A program made the translations under genes and the position numbers. Source: an uncultured Salinivenus sp. (GTDB lineage: Bacteria > Bacteroidota > Rhodothermia > Rhodothermales > Salinibacteraceae). Taken from it: 58,970 nucleotides of DNA. Under the pieces are notes generated by a model, which made no database searches, was not told where the DNA came from, and was given only the letters and a program-made list of their open reading frames with translations. Where the stretch lies: the NCBI GenBank assembly GCA_964462965.1, contig CAYXAD010000001.1, positions 1 through 58,970 of the forward strand. Direction: 5' to 3'. Shown here one piece after another: positions 48,982 to 58,970 of the stretch; position 1 is the first letter of the stretch, and every line of letters starts with the position of its first letter.

Positions 48982-49013
48982 GCCGATGCAGACATTCGAT
49001 CATCGGCTTTTTT
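48982..49013 (+). terminator. Possible terminator after the M14 gene
   Basis: GCCGATG-N12-CATCGGC-T6. Confidence 0.5.
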
Positions 49014-49085
49014 CGCAATTGGATACAAGGACCGATTCAATCGTTGGTGTAGGAGACGGCTCTTCCCACTCTTGGCCCATGGCTC

Positions 49086-50141
49086 ATGTCCCTGCTCATT
49101 TACGGTGCGTACGGATACTCCGGGCGTCTCATCACCCGTGAGGCTGTGGATCGAGGCCTGCGTCCTCTTCTGGCAGGCCGCGACCGCGAGCGTCTCCGGG
49201 AGTGGGGGGAGCAGATGAGCCTGCCGACCCAACCTGTCGCGCTGGGAGAGTCAGAGAAGCTACGCTCGATTTTGGACGACGTGTCTGTCGTCCTGCACTG
49301 TGCAGGTCCGTTCGTTTACACGGCGCGCCCGATGGTTGAGGCGTGCCTTGCCACGGGGACCCACTACCTCGACATTACCGGAGAACCCGACGTCTTTGCC
49401 GACATCCGCGACTATGCGACGGAAGCATCGGAAGAGGGCGTCATGCTCCTTCCGGGAATGGGGTTCGACGTGGTGCCCACCGACTGTTTGGAGTGTCATG
49501 TGGTCGACCGGGTGCCGTCGGCGACAACCCTCGAGGTGGCATTGCTTCTTCAGAGCGGTGTCTCCCGCGGAACCCTCAAGACGTTGATCGAGCAAATGGG
49601 CAAGGGGGGACTGGTGCGCCGAGACGATCAGCTCGTCTCCGTTCCGTCCGCTTGGACGTCGCGGACCGTGGATTTTGGAGATGCCCCTCGCACCGTCGTG
49701 TCCATTCCGGAGGCCAGCGTAGTGACCAGCGGAGTGAGCACGAACGTGCCCAACGTCACGGTATACGTCGCTCTTCCGAAGGTCGCTCACGCCCTTCTCT
49801 CTGCCAGCCGATACGTTTCCGGCATTCTGACGTGGCGTCCCCTAAAGCAGTTGCTTCACCGATTGGTGGAGTGGGGCCGGTCGGGACCGTCGCCTGCGGC
49901 GCGTCGCCGAGGACGCACCGTCGTTTGGGCCGCGGCTCGAAATGGAACGAATCCCCCACGAATTTCCCGACTCTACGGCCCCGATCCCTACACCTTTACT
50001 GCCCGAGCGGCGCTCAGAGGGGTTGAAGAGGTGCTTGCCGGAAGAGCCCCGGCGGGCGTTCAAACCCCGGCCACCGCTTTTGGACCTGAGTTTGTGCTCG
50101 ACATACAGGGCGTAGAGCGAGAGGACCTGGGGCTCGAATGA
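49086..50141 (+). CDS. Saccharopine-dehydrogenase-like NAD(P)-binding oxidoreductase
   Basis: LIYGAYGYSG, LAGR, LHCAGPF, HYLDITGE, GFDVVPTD, G..TPA.AFG. Confidence 0.88.
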   Translation: MSLLIYGAYGYSGRLITREAVDRGLRPLLAGRDRERLREWGEQMSLPTQPVALGESEKLRSILDDVSVVLHCAGPFVYTARPMVEACLATGTHYLDITGEPDVFADIRDYATEASEEGVMLLPGMGFDVVPTDCLECHVVDRVPSATTLEVALLLQSGVSRGTLKTLIEQMGKGGLVRRDDQLVSVPSAWTSRTVDFGDAPRTVVSIPEASVVTSGVSTNVPNVTVYVALPKVAHALLSASRYVSGILTWRPLKQLLHRLVEWGRSGPSPAARRRGRTVVWAAARNGTNPPRISRLYGPDPYTFTARAALRGVEEVLAGRAPAGVQTPATAFGPEFVLDIQGVEREDLGLE

Positions 50142-50261
50142 CTCGGGAGGTTCGCGAGCAGGTAGCCCGAAAACAAAAGTCTTTTCTCGGTCGTTTGTCT
50201 ACTCGCTCTGTGTTCGCACCACACCGACGTCTACTACCACCTCACAATTTCATTCGACACC

Positions 50262-50879
50262 ATGGCTTTTGAGCTTCCCGAACTGCCATATGCGTATGAT
50301 GCCTTGGAGCCGCATATCGACGAGCGCACCATGCGTATTCACCATGACAAGCACCATGCGGGCTACACTCGCAAGCTAAACAACGCACTCGAAGGGCACT
50401 CCGACCTTCAGCAGCGGTCCATCGAGGAACTCCTCGCAGGCCTCAAGTCATTGCCGGCTGATATTCAGACGCCGGTTCGTCAGAACGGAGGAGGCTTCTA
50501 CAACCACCGTCTCTTCTGGAACGTCATGTCTCCGGAGGGAGGAGGTACCCCAACGGGAGACGTAGGAGACGCGATTGACGAGCACTTTGGCTCTTTCGAA
50601 GCCTTCCAGGACGAGTTTAAGGAGGCCGCCACGGGTCGATTTGGTAGCGGATGGGCTTGGCTCGTGGCTCAACCCAACGGAGGGCTTACGATTACCGACA
50701 CCCCCAATCAGGACAATCCACTGTTGGACGGAGACACTCCCATTCTTGGCATCGACGTGTGGGAGCACTCCTACTACCTCAATTATCAAAACGAGCGAGG
50801 GACCTACGTTGACGAATGGTGGAATGTCGTGGACTGGGACGCCGTGAATGACAACTACAACGACATTGTCACCGGCTAA
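50262..50879 (+). CDS. sodA: Superoxide dismutase, Mn-type signature
   Basis: [39 protein letters not shown]. Confidence 0.95.
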   Translation: MAFELPELPYAYDALEPHIDERTMRIHHDKHHAGYTRKLNNALEGHSDLQQRSIEELLAGLKSLPADIQTPVRQNGGGFYNHRLFWNVMSPEGGGTPTGDVGDAIDEHFGSFEAFQDEFKEAATGRFGSGWAWLVAQPNGGLTITDTPNQDNPLLDGDTPILGIDVWEHSYYLNYQNERGTYVDEWWNVVDWDAVNDNYNDIVTG

Positions 50880-50931
50880 TTTCGCACCGGTGGCACCGCA
50901 GGTTCTTTGCGCTGTTACATTGAGTCTCTTT

Positions 50932-50973
50932 GCAGGGGGTGGCCTCAAGCGGGTCACCCCCTGCTTTTATTTT
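50932..50973 (+). terminator. Rho-independent terminator after sodA
   Basis: GCAGGGGGTGGCC-loop-GGTCACCCCCTGC-TTTTATTTT. Confidence 0.88.
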
Positions 50974-51142
50974 GGAGGTTCGACGAAAAACCCGCAGGAC
51001 CGGGCGAGGGGACTGTTCAGCAATGCATTTTCACGCTCGATTTTCGTAGTTGGATGGACTCTTTCGGCCCCTGTCATTACTCTTTCCGTTGAAGGGAGGT
51101 AGGAGAGTAGTTGTTGTTTCTTCTGTCCAGTACTAGTATTTC

Positions 51143-51445
51143 ATGGACCTCGTCGAGGGACCTCTGCTTTGGGCGTCATACGTCGCTTTAGCCATCCTCA
51201 GTCTGTCGATTCTGGCAGCCCTCTTTCGCGTGCTGCGCGGGCCGAGCCTTGCCGATCGCGTGGTGGCCCTCGACCTCGTGGCTTTTCTGGCCATGGGATT
51301 TCTCGCAACCTATGCGATCCTCGCGAATGAGGATACTTTTATCGATGCAGCCCTCGTCCTTGGGCTGTTAGCGTTTCTCGGTACGGTCGCCGTGGCTCGC
51401 TACATCGAACGTGTTCGTTCTGGTGAAGCTCTGGTGGATTCATGA
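51143..51445 (+). CDS. mrpF: Mrp Na+(K+)/H+ antiporter subunit F
   Basis: RVLRGPSLADRVVALD...D.ALV..LL.FLGTVA.ARY. Confidence 0.93.
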   Translation: MDLVEGPLLWASYVALAILSLSILAALFRVLRGPSLADRVVALDLVAFLAMGFLATYAILANEDTFIDAALVLGLLAFLGTVAVARYIERVRSGEALVDS

Positions 51446-51849
51446 TTTCCATTCTCGCCGCTCTCTTTTTGCTCGGAGGGACGGCTTTTATGTTCGTGGC
51501 TGCTATCGGCCTGCTCCGGCTTCCGGATCTCTATACCCGAACCCATGCGGTGACGAAGGCGGGTACCCTGGGAGTCGGCCTCGTAGTCGTGGCGGCGGCC
51601 CTCGCGTTTGCAGACCTCAGTGTTGCCGCTCGGGCCTTCCTCGTGTTTCTCTTCGTCCTTCTGACGGCTCCTGTGTCTGCTCACATGATTGGCCGAGCCG
51701 GCTACCTCGCAAATGTTCCCCTCTGGGACAACACGGCCTTCGATCACTGGCAGGTCGGATACGACGAACTTCGCCGAGAGGGGGAGGAGCCTCCCCTTGA
51801 GGCTTCTCCGCCTTCCCAAGGAGGGAATGGCGAGCCAGCGGAAGCGTAA
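51442..51849 (+). CDS. mrpG: Mrp antiporter subunit G
   Basis: GLLRLPDLYTRTHAVTKAGTLG, TAPVSAH; ATGA overlap with mrpF. Confidence 0.93.
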   Translation: MISILAALFLLGGTAFMFVAAIGLLRLPDLYTRTHAVTKAGTLGVGLVVVAAALAFADLSVAARAFLVFLFVLLTAPVSAHMIGRAGYLANVPLWDNTAFDHWQVGYDELRREGEEPPLEASPPSQGGNGEPAEA

Positions 51850-51892
51850 CTGGCATTTGACGTAGGTTCCTGTCTCTCAGGCAACGGTCTTC

Positions 51893-54253
51893 ATGCTCTT
51901 TGCTGTTCTTAGCATCTTTGTCGGTGCGGCCCTCGCTCCTCTTGTGGTTCGCCTCTTCGGGCGAGCGGCGGGGTGGGTCCTTGGTCTCCTTCCGCTCGGG
52001 GTGTTTGTCTTTTTTGCCCGACAGGTGCCCGAGGTGGCCGAGGGGAACACCTTGCGCGAGGCGTACTCATGGTTTCCCTCTCTCGAGGTCCCGCTCTCCT
52101 TTTACCTCGACGGCCTGAGTCTGCTCTTTGCCCTGCTGGTGACGGGCATCGGGAGCCTGATCGTCGTGTACGCGGGAGGGTACCTCGCCCATCACGAGTA
52201 TCTCGGGCGCTTTTACGTGCAGCTCCTGGCCTTCATGGGCGCCATGCTCGGCCTCGTCGTGGCCGACAATGTGATCGTCTTCTTCATCTTCTTCGAGTTG
52301 ACGAGCCTGACCTCCTATCTCCTCATCGGGTTTTACCATACGGAGGAGGCCTCTCGCGTGGCCGCACGGAAGGCTCTGATCGTGACCGGAGGAGGGGGGC
52401 TGGCGCTGCTTGCCGGGCTGGTGCTGCTGTACCAAGTCACCGGAACGCTCGAGTTTAGCCAGATGCTCGCCCTCGGGGACGTAGTGCAGGGACACCCCTA
52501 CTACCTCGCCATCTTCATTCTCGTGTGTGTCGGGGCGTTCACAAAGTCTGCCCAGTTCCCTTTTCACTTCTGGCTGCCCGCGGCCATGGCGGGTCCAACG
52601 CCGGTCAGCGCGTATCTTCACTCGGCCACCATGGTGAAGGCGGGGGTTTTTCTGTTGGCGCGCCTGCTCCCCGTTCTGGGGGGAACGGCCGTCTGGACCG
52701 GTACGCTCGGCCTCTTTGGGGGCTTTACGATGCTGATGAGTGCCTGGCTGGCCCTACACTATACGGATCTAAAGCAGATTCTGGCCTACACGACGGTCAT
52801 GGTGCTCGGCCTCCTCACCATGCTGCTGGGGGTGGGCACGACCGAGGCCATTACCGCCATGGTGACCTTTACCGTGGTCCACGCCCTCTACAAAGGAGGG
52901 CTCTTTATGATGGCGGGGAGCATCGACCACGAAACCGGCACCCGCGACGTCCTCGAGCTGGGAGGGCTCCGGTCGGCCATGCCCTACACAATGGTGGGGG
53001 GAGTGGCCACGGGGCTCTCGATGGCGGGCATTCCTCCCCTCTTCGGGTTCATTGGAAAGGAGGTGACCTACGAGGCGGCGCTTCACGTCGAGTCCTGGGG
53101 GCTGTTGCTGCTGGGCGTGAGCATCCTGGCCAACGTGGCATTGGTGGGGGCGGGGCTCGTGGTTGGGCTGAAGCCGTTTTTCGGGGAGGTCAAAGGGGCA
53201 TTCACGCGGGAGCCCCACGAGGCACCGGTCAGCATGTGGCTGGGCCCCCTCGTGCTGGGAGGGCTCGGCCTGGCCTTCGGCGTCTACCCGGCCCTCGTCG
53301 ACCACTCGGTGCTGCAGGCGGCGCAGGCCGGCATCCTGCAGGAGAGCCACGAACTTCACTTGGCCCTCTGGCACGGCATCAACCCCGCGCTGATCGCCAG
53401 CCTCGTAACCTTTGCTCTCGGGTTTGCCCTCTACGCCACGTGGGAGCGGGTGCAACCCAGTGCCGTGATGCAAATACTCGGACGTGCGTTCGGAGAAGGA
53501 CCGGGGCGTGGATTTGAACGAGGCTTGTACGGCACCGCCCGATTGAGCAAAGGGGTCACTCAGTTTTTTCAGAACGGGGAGTTTCGGAGGTACCTGTTCG
53601 CCATTTTCACGGCCTTCATCGTACTCGTCGGAGGGGGGCTCGTGGCCGAAGCGACCGTGGGATGGCCTTCGATTCAGGGCACAGTTCGATACTATGAAGG
53701 GGCGCTGGCCGGGCTTATTATTCTCTCGGCCCTCGTGGCCGTGCGGACGCTCAATCGCTTCGTGGCAATTTTGGCCCTGAGTGTTGGGGGCTACGGCGTG
53801 GCACTCTTGTATCTCCTCTTCGGGGCGCCGGACCTGGCGATGACGCAGTTCGCCGTAGAGACGCTCACGCTCATCCTGCTGGTCATCGTCATCGTTCACC
53901 TGCCGGGCATTGGGCAGGAGGAACCCCTCTCCGTCCGACTGCGAGACGGGCTCGTGGCCTGCGGCTGTGGGGCTCTGCTGACCGTCCTCATGAGTCTGAT
54001 TGTGAACATGCCGATGGATTTACGGGTCAGCGAGTATCTCGCGGAGAGCAGTTACGTGGAAGCCCAGGGCCACAACATCGTCAACGTCATCCTCGTCGAC
54101 TTTCGTGCGGTAGACACCATGGGGGAGATTACCGTGTTGGTAATTGCTGCCCTCGGTGTCTATGTACTCATGCGCATGCCACGGCAGGTCTCCTCTTCTG
54201 CGCAGGATGACGTTCCGGAGGAGGCCTCAGAAGAAGTGGAGACCTCCCATTGA
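51893..54253 (+). CDS. mrpA: Mrp antiporter subunit A
   Basis: LDGLS, FFELTS, TKSAQFPFHFWLP.AM.GPTPVSAYLHSATMVKAG, APDLAMTQF.VET, NIVNVILVDFRA.DTMGE. Confidence 0.96.
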   Translation: MLFAVLSIFVGAALAPLVVRLFGRAAGWVLGLLPLGVFVFFARQVPEVAEGNTLREAYSWFPSLEVPLSFYLDGLSLLFALLVTGIGSLIVVYAGGYLAHHEYLGRFYVQLLAFMGAMLGLVVADNVIVFFIFFELTSLTSYLLIGFYHTEEASRVAARKALIVTGGGGLALLAGLVLLYQVTGTLEFSQMLALGDVVQGHPYYLAIFILVCVGAFTKSAQFPFHFWLPAAMAGPTPVSAYLHSATMVKAGVFLLARLLPVLGGTAVWTGTLGLFGGFTMLMSAWLALHYTDLKQILAYTTVMVLGLLTMLLGVGTTEAITAMVTFTVVHALYKGGLFMMAGSIDHETGTRDVLELGGLRSAMPYTMVGGVATGLSMAGIPPLFGFIGKEVTYEAALHVESWGLLLLGVSILANVALVGAGLVVGLKPFFGEVKGAFTREPHEAPVSMWLGPLVLGGLGLAFGVYPALVDHSVLQAAQAGILQESHELHLALWHGINPALIASLVTFALGFALYATWERVQPSAVMQILGRAFGEGPGRGFERGLYGTARLSKGVTQFFQNGEFRRYLFAIFTAFIVLVGGGLVAEATVGWPSIQGTVRYYEGALAGLIILSALVAVRTLNRFVAILALSVGGYGVALLYLLFGAPDLAMTQFAVETLTLILLVIVIVHLPGIGQEEPLSVRLRDGLVACGCGALLTVLMSLIVNMPMDLRVSEYLAESSYVEAQGHNIVNVILVDFRAVDTMGEITVLVIAALGVYVLMRMPRQVSSSAQDDVPEEASEEVETSH

Positions 54254-54316
54254 CCCTACCACTCCCTTGGACGTGCGTCTGACTCTGTATCCTCTCTGGC
54301 AGGCGAATCGAAGCCG

Positions 54317-54754
54317 ATGATTTATTCTCTTATTTTACGAGTGGCAACCCGCGTGCTGGTGCCTCTGCTGCTTCTCTTTTCGCTGTTTATGCTCCTGCGG
54401 GGGCACAACCTCCCAGGGGGAGGCTTTGTAGGGGGGCTTGTGGCAGCAAGTGCCTTTGTCCTCTATGCGCTGGCCGCCGGGGTGAAAGATGCTCGGACGA
54501 TGCTTCGCGTCGAGCCTCACTTGCTGCTGGGCGTTGGGCTCGCCTTTGCATATGGAGCCGGGCTCCTCGCCCTGGCACTGGGCCGACCCTTCCTGACCGG
54601 GTTGTGGGTGGATCTCCATCTTCCGGCCCTCGGAGATCTTCACCTCGGATCCACTCTCATCTTCGACATCGGGGTGATGTTTGTGGTCGTCGGGACGGTG
54701 TTGCTCATGATCTTTTCGGTCGAAGAACGGCTCCCCGGTCTCGTGGAGGAGTAA
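54317..54754 (+). CDS. mrpB: Mrp antiporter subunit B
   Basis: [20 protein letters not shown]. Confidence 0.94.
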   Translation: MIYSLILRVATRVLVPLLLLFSLFMLLRGHNLPGGGFVGGLVAASAFVLYALAAGVKDARTMLRVEPHLLLGVGLAFAYGAGLLALALGRPFLTGLWVDLHLPALGDLHLGSTLIFDIGVMFVVVGTVLLMIFSVEERLPGLVEE

Positions 54755-54793
54755 TCGGCGCCTGTTTGTACTGCTCATTTGTCGCTCGGACCT

Positions 54794-55186
54794 ATGGAAT
54801 TTGTAACGGCTCTCGTGGCTGGAGCACTGCTGGCCGCCAGTTTCTACTTGCTGATGCGGCGCAACCTGCTCCGGTTCGTCATTGGGCTCATCATTTTGGC
54901 CAATGCGGTGAACCTGGTGATTTTCACCATGGGCCGTCTCACTCGTGCCCAACCGCCGGTCATTCCCTACGGGGCGAAACTCCCGACGGAAGGGTATGCA
55001 AACCCGCTTCCTCAGGCCCTCATTCTGACCGCGATTGTCATTAGTTTCGGGCTCCTCGTGTTCACCCTCGTTCTCGTGTATCGAAATTTTGCGGCCAATG
55101 AAACCATCGAGTCCGACGAGGTGCGAACCTCTGAGCCCGACGAAGAACTGGAGGTGTACGAAGATCCCAAGCGGCTTCCTGCCTGA
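54794..55186 (+). CDS. mrpC: Mrp antiporter subunit C
   Basis: AVNL.IF..G, NPLPQALILTAIVISFG. Confidence 0.95.
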   Translation: MEFVTALVAGALLAASFYLLMRRNLLRFVIGLIILANAVNLVIFTMGRLTRAQPPVIPYGAKLPTEGYANPLPQALILTAIVISFGLLVFTLVLVYRNFAANETIESDEVRTSEPDEELEVYEDPKRLPA

Positions 55187-55237
55187 CCTCGTCCCTTCGA
55201 CGTCACCGTCTGTCCCACCGGTACTCTCTTTTTCTGT

Positions 55238-56728
55238 ATGAACACGCTGCTCGTACTTCCCATCATGGTTCCCGCGGTGACGGGAATGCTGGCCCTCCTT
55301 GCGCGGGGATCAAGATCCCTGCAGCGAGGCCTCAGCGTGCTCGGGGCGACTACCCTGTTTGGGGCCGGCTGTGTGCTGGTGTATCAGGTTCAGGCACACG
55401 GCATTCTGGCCGGACAGATGGGAGGCTGGCCTGCTCCATTCGGCATTACCCTCGTGGCCGACCATCTGAGTGCCGGGCTCATCGCCGCAACGGGATTTGT
55501 TGCCCTCACGGTGGCCGTCTATTCGCTGGCCGGTATCGATGAGGCCCGGGAGCGATTTGGCTTCCACCCCTTGTTTCATTTCCTGCTCATGGGGATCAAT
55601 GGAGCCTTCATTACCGGAGACCTCTTCAACATGTACGTCTGGTTCGAGGTGCTCCTGATCGCCTCCTTCGTCCTGCTGGTGCTGGGCAACGAACGAGAGC
55701 AGCTGGATGGGGCGGTAAAGTACGTGGGAATCAACATCGTCGCCTCGGCGTCCTTCCTGACGGCCATCGGACTCCTGTACGGAATGACGGGAACCTTAAA
55801 CCTGGCCGACCTCGCCGGCAGCATGCAGAATGTTCGCGACGCGGGGCTCGAGGCGACGGTTGCCATGCTCTTTCTCATTGGCTTCGGCATCAAGGCAGCT
55901 CTTTTTCCGCTGTACTACTGGCTGCCCGCGTCCTATCATACCCCGCCGGCCCCAATCGCTGCCATCTTCGCCGGCTTGCTCACCAAGGTGGGGATTTATT
56001 CGCTCCTCCGCGTGTTCACGCTCTTGTTTCCCGATCCGAGCGGCTACACACAGGCTGTTCTTCTGGTGGTGGCCGGGGCGACGATGTTGGTGGGTGTGTT
56101 CGGGGCCCTCGTCCAGCGTCACATCCTTCGGCTACTTGCTTTCCTCGTCATCAGCGCCATGGGCTACGTGGTTATGGGGCTGGGGTTCTTTACGACCCTC
56201 GGCCTGGCGGGCGCGATCTTTTACGTCTTCCAGGACGTTCCGGTAAAGGCCACGCTCTTCCTGATTGGCGGACTCATGGAACGGGAGACGGAGACCTCTT
56301 CGATTGGAGAGATGGGCGGGCTTTATCAGCACCGCCCGTTGTTGGCGACTGCGTTCATCGTTCCCGCCTTTTCCCTCGCCGGGTTTCCGCCGTTCCCGGG
56401 CTTTTGGGGCAAGCTGACCCTGATCCAGGCCGGCCTGGAAGAGGGACAATGGGTCATCGTCGGGGTGGCGCTCCTCGTGGGACTCCTGACCCTATTGGTG
56501 GTGGCCCAGGTCTGGGGGCGTGCCTTCTGGCAGCCGGTGTCCACTGAGAATTTCAAACGTGTGGATGCCTTGGGAACGAGAACCCTCCTGCAGGGGCCGG
56601 TCGTCGTACTCGCCCTCGTTCTCTTTGCCATTGGGTGTTACGCGGGGCCACTGTTTGACTTCGCACACCAAGCAGCGGTCCAACTGACCGATACCGGCCC
56701 GTACGTTCAGGCGGTGCTGGGGGGCTGA
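55238..56728 (+). CDS. mrpD: Mrp antiporter subunit D
   Basis: GGWPAPFGI.LVAD, TGDLFNMYVWFEV, GIKAALFPL..WLP.SY, LLTKVG, GFWGKL. Confidence 0.95.
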   Translation: MNTLLVLPIMVPAVTGMLALLARGSRSLQRGLSVLGATTLFGAGCVLVYQVQAHGILAGQMGGWPAPFGITLVADHLSAGLIAATGFVALTVAVYSLAGIDEARERFGFHPLFHFLLMGINGAFITGDLFNMYVWFEVLLIASFVLLVLGNEREQLDGAVKYVGINIVASASFLTAIGLLYGMTGTLNLADLAGSMQNVRDAGLEATVAMLFLIGFGIKAALFPLYYWLPASYHTPPAPIAAIFAGLLTKVGIYSLLRVFTLLFPDPSGYTQAVLLVVAGATMLVGVFGALVQRHILRLLAFLVISAMGYVVMGLGFFTTLGLAGAIFYVFQDVPVKATLFLIGGLMERETETSSIGEMGGLYQHRPLLATAFIVPAFSLAGFPPFPGFWGKLTLIQAGLEEGQWVIVGVALLVGLLTLLVVAQVWGRAFWQPVSTENFKRVDALGTRTLLQGPVVVLALVLFAIGCYAGPLFDFAHQAAVQLTDTGPYVQAVLGG

Positions 56729-56780
56729 TCGAGGCGTACCCGTTGTCGTTTTCTTCCTAGGACCTTTGCATGGGAGTATC

Positions 56781-57296
56781 ATGACCGCTACACTGGTTCG
56801 CATTCTGCTTCTGACGCTCATTTGGGCGGGTCTGCAGGGAACGTTTGGCGTCGGAAACCTTCTGTTGGGCGGCCTCTTTGCCTGGGGCGTTCTCTGGATT
56901 TCTCGTCCTATGTTTAACCCTAGAGAGCGTCGTCTGCGGGAGGGGGCCCGGCCGTTGCGTCGATTCTGGCGCACGCTCGTCCTCCTGCTCGTTTTCCTGC
57001 GGGAGTTGGTTCTCTCGGCCCTGGAAGTGGCTTGGTACGTTCTCCAACCCGGGCTTCGCATTCATCCGGCCATCGTGGCCCTTCCCCTCGACGTACAGAC
57101 GGATCGCGAGATCACTCTCCTCGCCAACCTCATTTCTCTTACTCCGGGAACGTTGAGTCTGGATGTGGCTCCCGACCGGTCGCACCTCTATGTGCATTCG
57201 ATCACAGTGAAGACGGAGGACGGTGCGGATGTAATCGACGACATTAAGAGCACCCTTGAGAAGCACGTGAGCCGTAGTTTTGGGCCGCACACGTGA
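56781..57296 (+). CDS. mrpE: Mrp antiporter subunit E
   Basis: PAIVALPL....EITLLANLISLTPGTLS, LYVH, IK..LE. Confidence 0.94.
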   Translation: MTATLVRILLLTLIWAGLQGTFGVGNLLLGGLFAWGVLWISRPMFNPRERRLREGARPLRRFWRTLVLLLVFLRELVLSALEVAWYVLQPGLRIHPAIVALPLDVQTDREITLLANLISLTPGTLSLDVAPDRSHLYVHSITVKTEDGADVIDDIKSTLEKHVSRSFGPHT

Positions 57297-57356
57297 ACCT
57301 GTGTCGTCCTCGCGCGTGTCGGCAGCAGTCCGTTTTTTCCATTCCCGCTGCTTCTC

Positions 57357-58025
57357 ATGAACGCTGACGCGCTTCTTCGAGGCCTCCCGGACGGGGTACG
57401 GCTTCGAAGGACGAAGTATGATCCGTCCTCTGCATCGACGTGGGAGGACTGGCTTTCCGAGGAGGAGCAGGAGTGCGTTTCTGAATTTGGGGCCGCCGTA
57501 CGGCGGCGGGAGTTTGTCGCCGGTCGCGCTGCCGCTCGCGCTCTTCTGGCTGACGTTCTGAAGGTTTGTCCGGGCTCGGTCCCTCTTCGGCAGGCAGCGG
57601 ATGGAGGGGTCGATGTCGAGCGGGACGAGTGGCACGTGTCAATCAGTCACTCGGCCGAACATGCCGTCGCAGCCTGTGCTCGTCATCCGATTGGCGTCGA
57701 CCTGGAGCAAATCAAATCCCGAGATGAGGGGATTGCTCGCTTTCTCCTCCACCCCCAAAACCGAGAGATCGGATTGCTCGGGGATCTCCCCTACGACAAG
57801 GAGGAGGCGCTTATTCTGTGCTGGACCCTGAAAGAGGCGGTCCTCAAAGCTCGTCGATCGGGGTTTCGGCGCTCTCCCAAAACGCTCCGTCTTGAGGTAG
57901 ATCCGGATCGGCAACGGGCGACGGTCCACGTGCAGGACGGGCGGCCCTGGGCGGCAACGTACAGGCGGGTGGGGGACCTCTTCCTTTCCGTCGCCTTTCC
58001 CGAAGGCCTGTCGGCTCGGGACTGA
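57357..58025 (+). CDS. Sfp/EntD-type 4'-phosphopantetheinyl transferase
   Basis: LS.EE, RR.EF.AGR, SISHS, IGVDLE, WTLKEAVLKA. Confidence 0.9.
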   Translation: MNADALLRGLPDGVRLRRTKYDPSSASTWEDWLSEEEQECVSEFGAAVRRREFVAGRAAARALLADVLKVCPGSVPLRQAADGGVDVERDEWHVSISHSAEHAVAACARHPIGVDLEQIKSRDEGIARFLLHPQNREIGLLGDLPYDKEEALILCWTLKEAVLKARRSGFRRSPKTLRLEVDPDRQRATVHVQDGRPWAATYRRVGDLFLSVAFPEGLSARD

Positions 58026-58121
58026 CCCTTCGGCCGAAGGAGAGAGGAACGAGGTTGGGCCGGCTCGGGAACGGAAGGCCCAGAGGCGCGGTCGCGAACG
58101 GATCCGGCGCGGGTTCTCAGG

Positions 58122-58865
58122 TCAGGAGGTTCTGGCTGCGCGAGAAGGCCTCGTTTCCTTGGTTCTGCGTCCCAGTCGACGCCAGAGGCCCGCCATCCCA
58201 AGCAGCAGGAGGCCCAGTACAATGAAGAGGCCTCCGACCAGGGCGATCAACCGGGTGATTTCGACAGGAAGGTTGGTCGAGTGAAGGGCATTTTGGGTTT
58301 GTGCGACTTGGGTACGCACCTGCTCGAGCGTCACCCCTGCATTTTTAAGTTCTTTCTGGAGCCGATCGGCTCGCTCGGACGCACGGGTCAGATCGGCGGC
58401 CACGGTATCGGTCTGCTCGTGCATTCGATAGAGCACCGGGGACAGGCCCCGCAGGCTTTGTGCAGAGGTCGCAAGGGCTTCGGCGTTCTCCTGGAGGGCA
58501 TTCCCAGGGAGAATAATTCCCAGGTCGTTCTCGATCTCGCGCAGGGTCGTGGCACTGCGGTCAAACGTTTCGGCCGCGTGCTCAGTGACGTTGGCCCCCT
58601 GTTCCAGAGCGGTGGGCAGGGCCTGCATCGTCGCGAGCGTGTTGGATTGAGGCGGGTTGAAAGGGGCCATCGCCTCAGAATGAGTGTTTAGCACGTCGAG
58701 GCCCCGCTCGGCCAGTTCGATCCCTTCCAGTCCACGGTCGGTGAGTTCTTCGAGGTGAGGCTTAATCACCGTCGTGGCGTAGATGATCGTGCCGATGCCG
58801 ACCAGGACGGCCAGTATACCCACCGATGCGAGTCCCCACGCTATGACGGTGTCGAGACGATCCAA
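58122..58865 (-). CDS. Hypothetical membrane protein (TM - long coiled coil - TM)
   Basis: Hydrophobic helices at both ends flank a heptad-rich A/E/L/Q/T region. Confidence 0.7.
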   Translation of the reverse strand: MDRLDTVIAWGLASVGILAVLVGIGTIIYATTVIKPHLEELTDRGLEGIELAERGLDVLNTHSEAMAPFNPPQSNTLATMQALPTALEQGANVTEHAAETFDRSATTLREIENDLGIILPGNALQENAEALATSAQSLRGLSPVLYRMHEQTDTVAADLTRASERADRLQKELKNAGVTLEQVRTQVAQTQNALHSTNLPVEITRLIALVGGLFIVLGLLLLGMAGLWRRLGRRTKETRPSRAARTS

Positions 58866-58970
58866 TGGAAGCGTCGGGGGCTATCTCGGGAGGTCGTACT
58901 TGAGGTAGGATACTCAGAACCTGTTTGGTGGATGGATACGAAGCCGACACGAGCGAAGCGACTGACGAGG

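Noticed and set aside
48961-49000. GGGGGCGACATGG resembling a tmRNA 5' end
   Set aside because: No TTCGAC continuation, tag ORF or tRNA-like 3' end, and the spacer is too short.

Overview
High-GC bacterial chromosome segment with strongly acidic predicted proteins. Gene content (GlgE/TreS cluster, GatB, DUF3078, DUF5103 T9SS plug, Hc1-like 'histone H1') and haloarchaeal-looking accessory genes point to an extremely halophilic Rhodothermota such as Salinibacter; this assignment is an inference. From left to right: the glgB-treS/mak-glgE <-> glgX alpha-glucan/trehalose cluster; an accessory block (TIGR00341, a 2-TM ion channel, PAP2, an L,D-transpeptidase remnant, a peptidase M15); gatB; a Cys-less TlpA-like lipoprotein; a MarR/SnoaL module with palindromic operators and a small ORF; galT, a methyltransferase, dapD, dnaG and MOSC; a cryptic lytic-transglycosylase-like gene with a C26 peptidase; Smr, a DAG kinase, a VPS10/BNR protein, SWIM, a GATase and dnaE; DUF819, a degenerate ArgB-like protein and Hc1; DUF3078-gluzincin-T9SS plug; csp, M14, a saccharopine-dehydrogenase-like gene and sodA; a permuted mrpFGABCDE operon; an Sfp-type PPTase. 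No rRNA, tRNA, CRISPR array or intact mobile element was seen. The best leads are a promoter-driven ~190-nt structured RNA candidate upstream of dnaE, the L,D-transpeptidase remnant beside the M15 gene, several pseudo-enzymes, and the SLT-like/C26 gene pair. All calls come from motif recognition by eye; no database searches were run.
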